In this document: in pieces, positions 18,327 through 28,419 of the stretch
How positions within the stretch are numbered: position 1 is the first letter of the stretch
How the letters are laid out: every line of letters begins with the position of its first letter
NCBI GenBank assembly: GCA_029865605.1
Contig: JAOUGE010000001.1
Span: forward strand, 19,840-83,839
Origin: Candidatus Berkelbacteria bacterium
GTDB taxonomy: Bacteria; Patescibacteriota; UBA1384; DTJR01
Reading direction: 5' to 3'
DNA: 64,000 nucleotides
Notes under the pieces: generated by a model
Databases searched by the model: none
Told to the model about the DNA's origin: nothing
What the model saw: the letters and a program-made list of their open reading frames with translations, nothing else
Made by a program: the position numbers and the translations under genes

Positions 18327-18507
18327 GTAAATACTTAATCAATTCTGGCGGTGGGGGGGTAGATCCCGGGATTCGCCCGTTCAGTAAATTTCTGCTGAAA
18401 TTTCTTCAGGGCGGGCCTCGGCGCCAGTCGCGCCTGCGGCCTTCGAATCCCACGTTCTCCATTTTCCAGCCAGAACAGAACTGCCAAGGCAAGCTTGGCA
18501 AACCTGT

Positions 18508-18599
<92 letters not shown>

Positions 18600-18606
18600 A
18601 GGGGGG

Positions 18607-19434
18607 TTAATCGTTTCTCTCTTTTTTCCTGACCGTCACTTCAACATCACCTTTTTTAAAAGTCTGATCGGGGGTGCAGCCGGGCGGGCAGGCGACGGCT
18701 GCTACTTTGGGCTTATAGCGCTTTATTATATAGATTTGCTGCAAAATCATCAAGATGGTCTGGGTTGCCCAATAAATCGAGAGGGCAGAGACCAGAGTGT
18801 AAGAAATGTAAGCGGTCATAACCGGGAAAAGATAGGTCATCTGTGAAGAGAGCATTTTTTGGAATGAATCCTCTTTGCTACCGGGTGTAGGCTTGGGTTG
18901 AGTCGCTCTCATTTGGATTGACTGGTAGAGCTGGGTTCCTCCTGTCACCAGTGGGAAAAGAAGAGCCAGATAACCCTTCGTCCCGCCTAATTTGAAAAGT
19001 TCGGCGACTGTTTTAGATAAGTCGTAACCAAAAAATGAGCTGTTAATTGTTTCCGGCCGGGGGAGCCAGGAGTAAAGAAATTCAGGTTTGAGCTCGCTGA
19101 TGCCGATTTTAATAAATACTCGATAAAAGAAGATTAGGACAACAATCTGAACCAGCATCGGCAGGCAGCTTGAAAGCGGGTTAACTCCCTCGCGCTTGTA
19201 AAGCTCCAGAGTCGCTTTTTGCTCGGCCTGCTTGTCGCCCTTGTGGTCGTTTTTGATTTTCTCAAGATGGGGCTGAAGTTCCTTTTGCTTATGCTGCATT
19301 AGCGTCATCTTGATCGTAGGCTTGAGGAAAATCAGTCTCAAGATAATCGTTATAATGATAATCGCCACCCAAACATAATGCCCCGGAGTTAACCAGGTGA
19401 AGAAAATAAGAAGGTTGTAGAAAAAATCGGTCAT
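18607..19434 (-). CDS. yidC: membrane protein insertase YidC/Oxa1 family (short Gram-positive type)
   Basis: Polytopic membrane protein in the conserved rpmH-rnpA-yidD-yidC arrangement. Basic C-terminal tail. Confidence 0.7.
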   Translation of the reverse strand: MTDFFYNLLIFFTWLTPGHYVWVAIIIITIILRLIFLKPTIKMTLMQHKQKELQPHLEKIKNDHKGDKQAEQKATLELYKREGVNPLSSCLPMLVQIVVLIFFYRVFIKIGISELKPEFLYSWLPRPETINSSFFGYDLSKTVAELFKLGGTKGYLALLFPLVTGGTQLYQSIQMRATQPKPTPGSKEDSFQKMLSSQMTYLFPVMTAYISYTLVSALSIYWATQTILMILQQIYIIKRYKPKVAAVACPPGCTPDQTFKKGDVEVTVRKKERND

Positions 19435-19448
19435 TTTTGTTTTTTGCT

Positions 19449-19712
19449 TTACGTTTTACGTTCCCCGCGCCAGAGTTTCGGCGCGGGGTCGTATCCTCCA
19501 TGACTCCAGGGGTTGCAGCGCAAAATCCGCCATCCGCCAAGAGCGATCCCGACAATTATACCATTCTTTTCAATCGCTTTAGCCGCGTACTCACTGCAGC
19601 TTGGATAAAATCGGCAAAAACCGTCCGGGTACATTCCCTTAAATACACCGTGATCCGGACTCAAGGTTTTCTGGTAGGCCCTGATTGTTTTGATTGCAAG
19701 AAACTTGAACAC
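19449..19712 (-). CDS. yidD: membrane protein insertion efficiency factor YidD
   Basis: CRFYPSCSEYA signature; about 87 aa; overlaps the rnpA 3' end. Confidence 0.8.
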   Translation of the reverse strand: MFKFLAIKTIRAYQKTLSPDHGVFKGMYPDGFCRFYPSCSEYAAKAIEKNGIIVGIALGGWRILRCNPWSHGGYDPAPKLWRGERKT

Positions 19713-20029
19713 TTTTCCGCCTCGGCTTGAATTTTGGCAAAATCGGCTGTCTGGACATTACCTTGGGATAAAACAACTATGTCCCAGCCGGATAATTTTT
19801 CAAGGTGATCTCTAAAGGCGGCTTTGAGCCGTCTGCGGATTAGGTTTCGGTTAACTGCCTTGCTTGAAACCTTTTTGAAGGCGACGACGGCCAGCCGTGC
19901 CGGATTGTCGCTAAAGTCTCTGCGCCGGTAGGCTTTAACTTTAAAAAAGGCGCCCTGCCAGGCAATTCCCTTTTCAAACGCTCTTTTAATATGGCGGGAT
20001 AGCCTTAGCCGGTTTTGCCCTTTAATCAT
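19661..20029 (-). CDS. rnpA: ribonuclease P protein component
   Basis: Basic ~120-aa protein ([15 protein letters not shown]..., [17 protein letters not shown]) immediately downstream of rpmH. Confidence 0.8.
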   Translation of the reverse strand: MIKGQNRLRLSRHIKRAFEKGIAWQGAFFKVKAYRRRDFSDNPARLAVVAFKKVSSKAVNRNLIRRRLKAAFRDHLEKLSGWDIVVLSQGNVQTADFAKIQAEAEKCSSFLQSKQSGPTRKP

Positions 20030-20172
20030 CTCGTTTTGGTTGGTGCCAGGCGTTTTCTACCTTTGGCACGCCTTCTTTTTAAAACTCTAATTCCGCCCGT
20101 CGAATTCATCCTGGCTCTAAAACCGTGAGTCTTAACCCTTTTCCTCTTTTTCGGTTGGTAGGTTCTTTTCAT
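20026..20172 (-). CDS. rpmH: 50S ribosomal protein L34
   Basis: Manual translation [48 protein letters not shown] (47 aa). Stop TGA overlaps the rnpA ATG (ATGA). Absent from the ORF track because it is under 60 aa. Confidence 0.85.
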   Translation of the reverse strand: MKRTYQPKKRKRVKTHGFRARMNSTGGIRVLKRRRAKGRKRLAPTKTR

Positions 20173-20214
20173 AACAGAAAGATTATACTTGAAAGGCCGG
20201 TTTTTGGCAAGGAA

Positions 20215-20242
20215 TTGTGTAGGCGGGAGCTTCTAGTATAAT
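20215..20242 (+). promoter_or_regulatory. sigma70-like promoter (TTGTGT -16 nt- TATAAT) upstream of the giant surface-protein gene
   Basis: Consensus -10 at 20237-20242; gene starts at 20265. Confidence 0.35.
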
Positions 20243-20264
20243 TAGGTTATATAAAAGGAGGGAA

Positions 20265-23200
20265 TTGAAGCGAGGTATTTATCACCCTTTAGCTGTTTTG
20301 GTTTTAGGCGCATACCTTGGTTTTTCCCTGATTTTTCCTGATGGCTTTTCCCATCCCCCCAAGGCTTTGGGGGGATCAGAGGCTAAGAGCTGGACGGTTA
20401 GGCCAAAGGATCATCTTGATGAAGCGATAGTTGATCAGGTTCAACAGGACGAAACCGGCCAAAAAATCGAACTCGAAAGATATTTCAACAAGAACTTAAT
20501 TGATAAGCGACTTGCAAGCGATCGTACGAACTATAACCAAATGGACCCATCTGTAGTTGCCGACGGTGACGGCAATATCTATATTGCCTTCACCATGGAC
20601 CCCGGAAAAATAATGATGCAGAAACTTAACTCCTCTGGGGAGGTGCAATGGGAGCAGGATAAGCAGGTTTTTGTTTCAGGCTGTGTTGCTGCGGGCGGAC
20701 AGCATGGCAACCATTTAGCAACCGCCCTTCACCCGAACGGGATCGTGGTTGTCGCTAACTGTTATGTCGGTGTTTCACAAAATGATATCTGGGCCCAGCT
20801 TGTGAACACTTCTGGAGTTACCCAGTGGGCTGCTGAAACCAGAGTTCATGACAATACAGTCAATAATAAATTCAATCAGGAAGTACAAGTGTTGGGATCG
20901 GATATTTATGTCGCTTGGGCAGACGACAGGACAGTAGCCAATACCTACGAGATGTATGCCCAGAAACTTGACTCTAGTGGAAATAGGACGATAGCTGGCG
21001 ATCAGGCATTAGTTACGCCCGGTGTCAATTTGCTCGGCCCACGTCTTAAAAAGAACTCTTCGGGAAAGCTTTTGCTAAGCTATATTAATTCGTCAAATAA
21101 TCAAATTTGGGTACGCCAGTATAACTCGAGTTTTACCCAGGATTGGGGGCCGAATGCGGCTGGGACAACAACAAGTCCAGGCAGTAAGTCTGCATTTGCA
21201 ACAACCGTTATTGGCGACAACAGCTATTATTTCTTTAGAAAGTGGAGCACTAGTCCTCCCAATTATCAAATTTACGGCCAGTCACTTAATAGTGCGGGTG
21301 GTACGAGGTGGAACGGTGGCCTTGACTTGAGAGTTGGCCGGAGAGTCGTGCCGGGCGCAATTTTGGCTTGGAATGACGGAACGAACCCTTATTTCGGAGC
21401 GACAGAATTTAGCGGCGCTACTTATCCATGCGGGAAAAAAGTGGACGCGGCAACCGGTGCTGTCTTGTGGGGCGGAATTTTTGACAATGAGCCGCAGCTT
21501 ATTGTCAGCTCGTATGTCCCTCCTCATCAACCCGCTGTTAACATTGTCTTTTCCGGGAGCGTTAATCACGTGGTTTATAGCAATCTGAATGGGGCCTACC
21601 AGGCAGATGTTTACTACAATTCGTTTAATACATCAGGAACGATTACTCATGCCTCCGACATAATGATAAACAGGGATTTTGGGGTGCTCGACCAGCAACA
21701 GATGGCGATAGCCAAGGACTCAAACGGGGATATTGCAGGTGCGTGGAGAGACAGCCGGGTCGGGGTATATTCTTACGATGTTTATGTTCAGAAGTTTAAT
21801 TCTTCAGGCACGAGCCAGTGGACAGATGACACCAAGGCGAACTCGACCACAACGGGCTGTTCTAGCATCGAGACACTTGCAATTGGAACCGATTTTTATA
21901 TTGTTTGGTCTTCAGTGGGCAATGTTTATTTGAATAAAATCAACAGTTCCGGTGTAAGACAATGGGCTGATTTACGGGTTAATGTTGGCGCGGCAAGCCA
22001 AACTTCGAACCCGTCGTTAAGCTACGATGGAACAAATATTATCGTTGCATGGGAAGACAACCGCGGTGGCGCCGGTAATTTGCAGATTTATTTTAATGCG
22101 GTTAGCACTGCCGGGGTTGTTCAGCTGGGATCTGACGTAAGAGTGACGGTTGAGTCTGCAACAAAAAAGCTTGGTCCGGAAATTCGTTCAGATGGAACTA
22201 ACACTTTTGTTGTTTGGGAGGACAGCCGAAATGGCTCAAGCGAAGATATTTACATGCAAAAGATAAACGGCTCCGGTGTGCCCCAATATGCAGGCGATGT
22301 GAAGATTGATAATATGTCAGGAATCTATGCCTCTTCAAATAACCCCAATTTCGTGGTAGATAGCGGCAGTATTTATGTGGTCTGGGAAGACGACAGAAAT
22401 CCGGGTGATTTATACTCGGATATTTATATGGCAGGCTTTAATGGTCAGACTAGGCTTTTTGATGATGTTTTGGTTAACGATGACAGCACCGGAGACAAAG
22501 TTGACTCGGTAATCGGTTTCTCAAGCGGCGCACTTTATATCGCCTGGAAAGATAAGCGCGACAGCTCAACCTACACCGACATCTATATGGCGAAATTCAA
22601 CACGAACGGAATCAAGCGTTATGCCAATGACGCCCAAGTCAATATCAATAATACAACCGTAATTCACGCTAACCCGACCATGACCTTAAATGATTCATTC
22701 GTGGGCTGGGATGATGATCGAAACGGTGTGACTAACAAGGATATTTATCTTGCTAAGGGGATCGACAAGGTTAAGAGCAATGGTAAGATCCACGGCGACG
22801 GTCTTGTGCTCGACGCGCAAACCCAAAACGTCCGTTACGGGACTTTGAGCTGGACAGCCGACAAACCGGCCAATACGGAGGTTAAGTTCAGGACAAGATC
22901 GGCTGATACGGAAGCCGGCCTTTCTGGAGCCGCTTGGAGTGACTACTACCTTGCTCTAAGTGCGGCTAAGATTTTCGGCACGGGGATTGCCAAAGCCACC
23001 GCCGATATTGAATCGGACGACAAGAGATACTTAGAAGTTGAGGTGAGCCTGGTTACCTCTGACCTTATAAGTTCTCCCGCTGTTGAGGACTTTACCGTTT
23101 CATATCTAACCAATGAAGCGCCGGAAATTAACTCGATTGTTATCGGCTCAACGTCCGGCGGTTCAGTTGAGTTTTATTATTCGGTCGTTGATCCTGATAA

Positions 23201-24554
23201 TTCTACTGCTCTAGTCAGCTTTGAATATTGGGATGGCTCGGCCTGGAAGAGCTCGACCAATGCCTCAGGAATTGGCGCTTTAAGCACGAACCAGACAGTC
23301 AAAGGGGTATGGTCAGCGGGGACTGATCTGCCCAATACCCAAATCACGTCAAAAATTCGCCTTACCGCCGATGACAGTGCGCCGTTCAACAATATCGGCA
23401 CGGGAACTTCACCTGAGTTTATGCTCGATACCACAGAGACATCTGCTTCGGCTACTCCATCTGCCTCGGGGACTCCGGGCCCAAGGGTCAGCCCGACAGT
23501 AAGCTCCACAGCCACGATTTCTGCTTCACCGACTATTACTCCGGGAGGCGGAGATGACGAAGAAGAACCTCCGGTTATTAAAGAGATTAAGGATGTTGTC
23601 AAGGAGCTGTCCGATATTATTATCATGGGGATGCAGACACCGGGCGGTCAGGCGGCGGCGGTTGCTGTTGCCGTTCTGCTGTCTGCGCCGGTTTTATTTT
23701 CATCTATTAACTTCATTTCTCGGCTGCTTTCCCTCTTTAGATTGACCATAAGGTTTGGCGGAGCGGCGATTGCAGTAAAAAAGAGGCGAGGTTATGTATT
23801 TGACAATGTCAGCAAAAGACCAATCCCGCTGGCTTTGATTAAGATTTTTGATTACGAGACGTCTAGTTTGGTCTATCAAACTTACACCAACACCCAAGGC
23901 GAGTTTGTTCTGAAGCTAGGAAGCAGGAAATATTCCCTTGATGTTTATAAGACGGGATATACAGTGCTTGAGGTTAAAGACGAAGGAAAAGAATTCAATA
24001 GTCTTAGAACTGATGGCTACTATGATCATATTTATTATTCCGGTGAGATAATTAACGCTCAAAATGAAGTGGTCGATCTGTCAATTCCGATGAACCCCGT
24101 AGAGAAACCTGGTATTTGGGCGGTTATTTTAAGGGGATCACTCGGCTTTCTAAGGAGAACATCTTATCTTTTTCTAGTCGTCGGGACGGCATTCGCGATT
24201 TTGTTCTTTGCTCTTGCGCCAAATATTCCGGTTAATATTGCCATTCTTATTTACTATCTTTTGATTTGGTCAGTTCTTGCTTATCTGGTTTTCACCCACC
24301 CGAAACGTGCTGGCGATGTTCTGGATTTGGGCAAGGTAAAACTGCCTCAAGCTCTAGTCAGAATTTTTGACCAAAATAATAGACTGATCCAAACCGCAGT
24401 TTCTGACAATGAGGGCGAATTCATTTTAAATATTTCGAAGGGAAGCTATCAAGTGGAGGCCAGAAAAGCCGGCTTTAAGCCCAAAAAAGATATTCTTGAA
24501 GTTAAAACTCTAAGGGATGTAGGTAGAAAAGAGATCCGTTTGGAAAGGCCCTAG
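20265..24554 (+). CDS. giant secreted/surface protein (1429 aa). N-terminal signal, at least 7 tandem ~45-aa repeats with a W-x-D-D-R-N-G ... D-I-Y core, two carboxypeptidase-regulatory-like (CarboxypepD_reg) domains, several C-terminal TM helices
   Basis: Repeats IYVAWADDR, IVAWEDNRGG, VVWEDSRNG, YVVWEDDRNPG, YIAWKDKRD, VGWDDDRNG. VFDNVSKRPIPLALIKIFDYETSS...GEFVL and VRIFDQNNRLIQTAVSDNEGEFIL modules. Confidence 0.55.
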   Translation: MKRGIYHPLAVLVLGAYLGFSLIFPDGFSHPPKALGGSEAKSWTVRPKDHLDEAIVDQVQQDETGQKIELERYFNKNLIDKRLASDRTNYNQMDPSVVADGDGNIYIAFTMDPGKIMMQKLNSSGEVQWEQDKQVFVSGCVAAGGQHGNHLATALHPNGIVVVANCYVGVSQNDIWAQLVNTSGVTQWAAETRVHDNTVNNKFNQEVQVLGSDIYVAWADDRTVANTYEMYAQKLDSSGNRTIAGDQALVTPGVNLLGPRLKKNSSGKLLLSYINSSNNQIWVRQYNSSFTQDWGPNAAGTTTSPGSKSAFATTVIGDNSYYFFRKWSTSPPNYQIYGQSLNSAGGTRWNGGLDLRVGRRVVPGAILAWNDGTNPYFGATEFSGATYPCGKKVDAATGAVLWGGIFDNEPQLIVSSYVPPHQPAVNIVFSGSVNHVVYSNLNGAYQADVYYNSFNTSGTITHASDIMINRDFGVLDQQQMAIAKDSNGDIAGAWRDSRVGVYSYDVYVQKFNSSGTSQWTDDTKANSTTTGCSSIETLAIGTDFYIVWSSVGNVYLNKINSSGVRQWADLRVNVGAASQTSNPSLSYDGTNIIVAWEDNRGGAGNLQIYFNAVSTAGVVQLGSDVRVTVESATKKLGPEIRSDGTNTFVVWEDSRNGSSEDIYMQKINGSGVPQYAGDVKIDNMSGIYASSNNPNFVVDSGSIYVVWEDDRNPGDLYSDIYMAGFNGQTRLFDDVLVNDDSTGDKVDSVIGFSSGALYIAWKDKRDSSTYTDIYMAKFNTNGIKRYANDAQVNINNTTVIHANPTMTLNDSFVGWDDDRNGVTNKDIYLAKGIDKVKSNGKIHGDGLVLDAQTQNVRYGTLSWTADKPANTEVKFRTRSADTEAGLSGAAWSDYYLALSAAKIFGTGIAKATADIESDDKRYLEVEVSLVTSDLISSPAVEDFTVSYLTNEAPEINSIVIGSTSGGSVEFYYSVVDPDNSTALVSFEYWDGSAWKSSTNASGIGALSTNQTVKGVWSAGTDLPNTQITSKIRLTADDSAPFNNIGTGTSPEFMLDTTETSASATPSASGTPGPRVSPTVSSTATISASPTITPGGGDDEEEPPVIKEIKDVVKELSDIIIMGMQTPGGQAAAVAVAVLLSAPVLFSSINFISRLLSLFRLTIRFGGAAIAVKKRRGYVFDNVSKRPIPLALIKIFDYETSSLVYQTYTNTQGEFVLKLGSRKYSLDVYKTGYTVLEVKDEGKEFNSLRTDGYYDHIYYSGEIINAQNEVVDLSIPMNPVEKPGIWAVILRGSLGFLRRTSYLFLVVGTAFAILFFALAPNIPVNIAILIYYLLIWSVLAYLVFTHPKRAGDVLDLGKVKLPQALVRIFDQNNRLIQTAVSDNEGEFILNISKGSYQVEARKAGFKPKKDILEVKTLRDVGRKEIRLERP

Positions 24555-25541
24555 CTATTTGAGCGCGATTTTTACCAGGTGAGCAATGAGACGGTTGAAC
24601 TCAAATCCGGCGGCATTGGCTGATTTTGGGAAAAGACTTTCTGGGGTCAGCCCAGGAATGGTATTGATTTCTAAAATCCATACTTTGTTGGCCTTGTCTA
24701 CAATCATATCCACCCTTGAAAAATGACGGCAGTCATGAACGAGATGGGTTTTAAGGGCTAACTCTTGAGCTTTTTGGGTCAGTTCTTTTGATATTCTAGC
24801 CGGAACTATTTCTTGGGTTTCGCCGCTGTATTTTGCCTCGTAGCTGAAGAATTTTTGCTTGGGGATAATTTCAATCACGGGGAGAGCTTGCGGCTGGCCA
24901 GGCTCTTTCTCTAAGATCGGCACGGAAATCTCGCGGTTGCCGAGATATTTTTCGATGATTATGCTTTCAGAGTATTTAAAAGCTTCTCTTTTGCCGAGTT
25001 CAAAGTCGGCATTATTTTCGCAGATTGAGACGCCGATCGATGACCCCTGGTCAGCCGGCTTTACCACAACAGGGAAATGCATTTTCGTCTTTTCATTTTC
25101 CGCTTTCAATACTTCCCACTCCGGGGTGGGGATTTGGGCTTTTTCCATGATTTGTTTGGAAAACTTTTTATTAAGCGCCACGGCGCTTGAAACTGGTCTT
25201 GAGCCGACGTACTTTATGCCGATCTCCTCAAAAAGGCCCTGCAGCAGACCGTCTTCGCCGAACTTACCGTGCATAGCGATGAAGACTACCTCAAAGTGGC
25301 GGACAATGTCAACGAGGGGATAATTGACGGCCCGGGGTAATTTATTTGAGTCTTTTTCGATATTGTCGAGCTCGGGAAGCTGCAAAAACCGGCCTGTTCC
25401 GAAATCAATCAGGTCAACTGAATAACCCTGTCTTTCCAGTGCCGTTGCCACTTTGCGCCCCGAGGCAATTGAAACTTCACGCTCGGAGGATTTTCCGCCT
25501 AAAGCGACTAAGACACGGTTTTTTTGGGGGTTTAGCGGCAT
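24555..25541 (-). CDS. ddl: D-alanine--D-alanine ligase
   Basis: VLVALGGKSSEREVSIASG N-terminal motif; ATP-grasp architecture; 328 aa. Confidence 0.8.
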   Translation of the reverse strand: MPLNPQKNRVLVALGGKSSEREVSIASGRKVATALERQGYSVDLIDFGTGRFLQLPELDNIEKDSNKLPRAVNYPLVDIVRHFEVVFIAMHGKFGEDGLLQGLFEEIGIKYVGSRPVSSAVALNKKFSKQIMEKAQIPTPEWEVLKAENEKTKMHFPVVVKPADQGSSIGVSICENNADFELGKREAFKYSESIIIEKYLGNREISVPILEKEPGQPQALPVIEIIPKQKFFSYEAKYSGETQEIVPARISKELTQKAQELALKTHLVHDCRHFSRVDMIVDKANKVWILEINTIPGLTPESLFPKSANAAGFEFNRLIAHLVKIALK

Positions 25542-25574
25542 GGGTTTAGTTTAAAGTTAAAAGAAAGGGGTGCG

Positions 25575-26090
25575 CTATGAAATCAGGATTTTTTCTTTGA
25601 TCGAATCGAGGTCGGTGAATCCTTCGGCCTCCTCAATCAAACGGCTCGAGGCAGTCTTCTTGAAAGCAATCACTTCGGCTCGGCAACCGAGGGATTTGAC
25701 GTGTTCGATTAAATCTTTGAAGTCGCCATCGCCTGAAACTAGGACGATTACATCAAGCTTTCCGGCCGCGCGCATTACATCCATAGCGATTCCGACATCC
25801 CAGTCGCCTTTTTTGGCCCCGCCGAAGAAAACTTGCAGGTCTTTGGCTTTGACATCATAGCCCTGATGATGAAGGGCCTCAAAAAAGTTAGCTTCTGGCT
25901 CGACATCGGCTTTTATCACATAAGCAGTCGCCTTGATCAGGCTTCTGTCCCCGATCGCTCTTTTTAAAATTTCCCCGAAATTGACCTTTTTCTTGTAGAG
26001 GTTTTTTGCCGAGTAATACATATTTTGAACATCGACGAAAACCCCGACTCGCTGGGCTGAATTCTTATTTCCAACCATATTTTGTTGCAT
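25575..26090 (-). CDS. NYN-domain (LabA/DUF88-like) protein
   Basis: VGVFVDVQNMYYSAKN ... DVIVLVSGDGDF. Confidence 0.6.
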   Translation of the reverse strand: MQQNMVGNKNSAQRVGVFVDVQNMYYSAKNLYKKKVNFGEILKRAIGDRSLIKATAYVIKADVEPEANFFEALHHQGYDVKAKDLQVFFGGAKKGDWDVGIAMDVMRAAGKLDVIVLVSGDGDFKDLIEHVKSLGCRAEVIAFKKTASSRLIEEAEGFTDLDSIKEKILIS

Positions 26091-26199
26091 AATTACCCCT
26101 AAATTAAATATTAAAAATTAAAAATCAGAATTATAGGTTAGAATTCAAAAATTTTGTATTTTGCATTATCATTTTCTATTTTCGTTTTTACTTTTTAAT

Positions 26200-26652
26200 T
26201 TATCTTACTACAACTTCTCCTCTAATTGAAGGGTTAGCTTCAAGGTGAAAGCCCCAGCGCCCCGGGTTTTTGAAAGTGTAGGAATATTTTTCTTTTGGAT
26301 AAATCGGCGTGGTGTAAAGATCGGGAAGATAGTTGTGGTTGGGGTGGGGATCGGAAGCAATTATTTGGGAGTTGCGGCCGATATTTTCAAATTGAACTGC
26401 CGTGCCTAAATCGACTTCGGCGAGCTCGGGCGAAAAACCGGTTTCGGAAAAGGTAATTAGAGAGGTTGGAACCGGGATTTCTTCAGCTGTCTCATCTGGG
26501 GTTGGCTCAACCTCCCGAATAGAACGGATTAACGGTGTTTGGCAACCGGAGAGCGTAAGACCACAGACTAGAGTTGCAAAAACTAGAACGGCCCTATTCT
26601 TTGATTTTTTCAATGTCATAAGTTTCAATCTCCAGGTCATTCTCCCATTCAT
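26200..26652 (-). CDS. small lipoprotein, possibly cupredoxin-like beta-sandwich (start likely at internal MTLKK)
   Basis: Signal/lipobox LVCGLTLSGCQ; C-terminal GRWGFHLEANPSIRGEVVV. Confidence 0.4.
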   Translation of the reverse strand: MNGRMTWRLKLMTLKKSKNRAVLVFATLVCGLTLSGCQTPLIRSIREVEPTPDETAEEIPVPTSLITFSETGFSPELAEVDLGTAVQFENIGRNSQIIASDPHPNHNYLPDLYTTPIYPKEKYSYTFKNPGRWGFHLEANPSIRGEVVVR

Positions 26653-27148
26653 CTCTAGGTAATCCCGCTTTCTGGCAGAGTTGGGCTAAAAAATCAGCCG
26701 GATTGGGCAGTCCATCCCAAACTTGGGGCAAAAAAGTCGCTTGGCGAGGACCCTTTTTGATAATTACACCGGGCTTATTTTCTTTAAAATATTCAAGGAT
26801 TGCATCTTGGCCAGATAGATCGAGTTTTTTTAGTAAACTGAGAATCGAAACCTCAATTTTGATTTTATCAAGCCCGCCCTTTTGGAGTGGGGCAAATCTG
26901 GGATCGCCAAAGGCGGCTGCTCGGGCGCAATCGATAACGTCCTTGTAAAGCTCTTGGGTCGGCGCGAGATGGCCGATGCAGCCACGAAGCCGTCCCTCTT
27001 GAGTCAAAGTGACAAAACAAGCCCGTTTTTCAAGGCAATTTGCGGGAATATCTTGAACCGGCAAAGGGCTTTTGGTAAATGAGCTTGCAATCGCATCTCG
27101 AGCAAGCTTGAGTAGATATTCGGATTCTTTTTTTGAATAAGTCATCAT
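26594..27148 (-). CDS. AMMECR1-domain protein
   Basis: CFVTLTQEGRLRGCIGHLAPTQELYKDVIDCARAAAFGDPRF. Confidence 0.7.
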   Translation of the reverse strand: MMTYSKKESEYLLKLARDAIASSFTKSPLPVQDIPANCLEKRACFVTLTQEGRLRGCIGHLAPTQELYKDVIDCARAAAFGDPRFAPLQKGGLDKIKIEVSILSLLKKLDLSGQDAILEYFKENKPGVIIKKGPRQATFLPQVWDGLPNPADFLAQLCQKAGLPRDEWENDLEIETYDIEKIKE

Positions 27149-27175
27149 TATAAAAATTACATTTCAAGGCCTATA

Positions 27176-27808
27176 ATGTCAAAGCTGGAAGCTGGACTTT
27201 TTTGCTTCTTGGGGTATAATAGGTTTGTGAGAATTCTAGATTTAGACCAAAATGTTTTGGCCTTCTTTAATGGATTGTTGATTGGAAGGTCTAATTTTTT
27301 AGATGAGCTAGTCAAAACGGTGGCAGTCTATTTTATTTATGCCCTGCCGGTAATTCTTCTTATTCTTTGGTTTGCCTTTGCTAAAAAGAGAGAAGCGCTT
27401 TGGCTTTCATTTATGGCCTGCCTCTTCTCATGGCTAGCCATTGCCAAGGCGATTGTTCCGAATATTTGGTTTCGACCTCGTCCGGATTTGGGTTTAGTTG
27501 GGGCTACTGAACTCCTGTTTCGCCGCCCGGATTATTCTTTCCCCTCCGATCACGCGGCGGCGCTTTTTGCTATAACATTCGGCCTTTATGCTTTCGGTTG
27601 GAAGCGAGCTGGACATTGGTTTTTGGTCTATGCTCTGATTGTTTCGATTACCAGAGTAGCTGTTGGAGTTCATTTTCCGTTGGATATCCTTGCCGGCGCC
27701 GCTGCCGCAGCGATTGGCGTGGGCGTCGCGGCTCTTTTGAAACGGCCCCTTGTTAAATATTTGATGGATCCGATTGTGAGCTTAATGCACAAGGTTGGTA
27801 TAAAGTGA
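27176..27808 (+). CDS. PAP2-family phosphatase (undecaprenyl-diphosphatase-like)
   Basis: KxxxxxxRP..PSDH..SRVxxGVHFPLD motifs (RPRPDLG, PSDHAAALFA, TRVAVGVHFPLDILAGA). Confidence 0.65.
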   Translation: MSKLEAGLFCFLGYNRFVRILDLDQNVLAFFNGLLIGRSNFLDELVKTVAVYFIYALPVILLILWFAFAKKREALWLSFMACLFSWLAIAKAIVPNIWFRPRPDLGLVGATELLFRRPDYSFPSDHAAALFAITFGLYAFGWKRAGHWFLVYALIVSITRVAVGVHFPLDILAGAAAAAIGVGVAALLKRPLVKYLMDPIVSLMHKVGIK

Positions 27809-28419
27809 ATCCCCGCCCGATTAACCGCAATCTTTTGGCCGAAGTTATCTCTTGGCTTTTCTTCCCGCCGCTTGTGGCAACGGTCTTTTTTATGTTTTTG
27901 ATTTTTTGGTATTCAAATGATCTTGGGCAAGGATTGCGCTGGCTTGTGGCAATCGCCCCTTTCTTGGTTTTTATTCCGCTTATATTTTTTGTCGTTAGCT
28001 ATAAGCTAAAATGGGTGTCTGACATTGACCTTTCCCATCGGGAAGAGCGGCCGGTCTTTTTGGGAGTTTTTATCGCTTCTTTGGCTATCGCTTCGTTTTT
28101 ACTCTATCTACTTAAAGTTCCATTGAAATTTTTTGTTTTCACCTTTGCGGGTTTGGTAATGGTTTTTATCGCTTCAGCTATAACTTTGTATTGGAAGATA
28201 AGTTTTCACACTGCCGTTACGACTTCGGTCATTACGGCGATTGTGATTTTAGGCGGGTGGGTTTTTGCCCCGATGTATCTGCTAGTATTGGTGATAGCTT
28301 GGGCGAGGGTAAGACTTAAAAAACATACTCTTTGGCAGGTTATAGGCGGGACGCTTTTGGCCTTTGCCATAACTGTCATAATATTTTATCTTTTTGGCTT
28401 TGGCATTTTGGAGGCTTGA
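27805..28419 (+). CDS. polytopic membrane protein, unknown function
   Basis: Six predicted TM helices; stop overlaps the next start (TGATG). Confidence 0.4.
   Translation: MNPRPINRNLLAEVISWLFFPPLVATVFFMFLIFWYSNDLGQGLRWLVAIAPFLVFIPLIFFVVSYKLKWVSDIDLSHREERPVFLGVFIASLAIASFLLYLLKVPLKFFVFTFAGLVMVFIASAITLYWKISFHTAVTTSVITAIVILGGWVFAPMYLLVLVIAWARVRLKKHTLWQVIGGTLLAFAITVIIFYLFGFGILEA

Noticed and set aside
20173-20264. Possible oriC/DnaA boxes upstream of rpmH
   Set aside because: Only a sigma70-like promoter was seen. There is no TTATCCACA-like box cluster; the nearest weak match (tgtatccact) is at ~17046 and is isolated.
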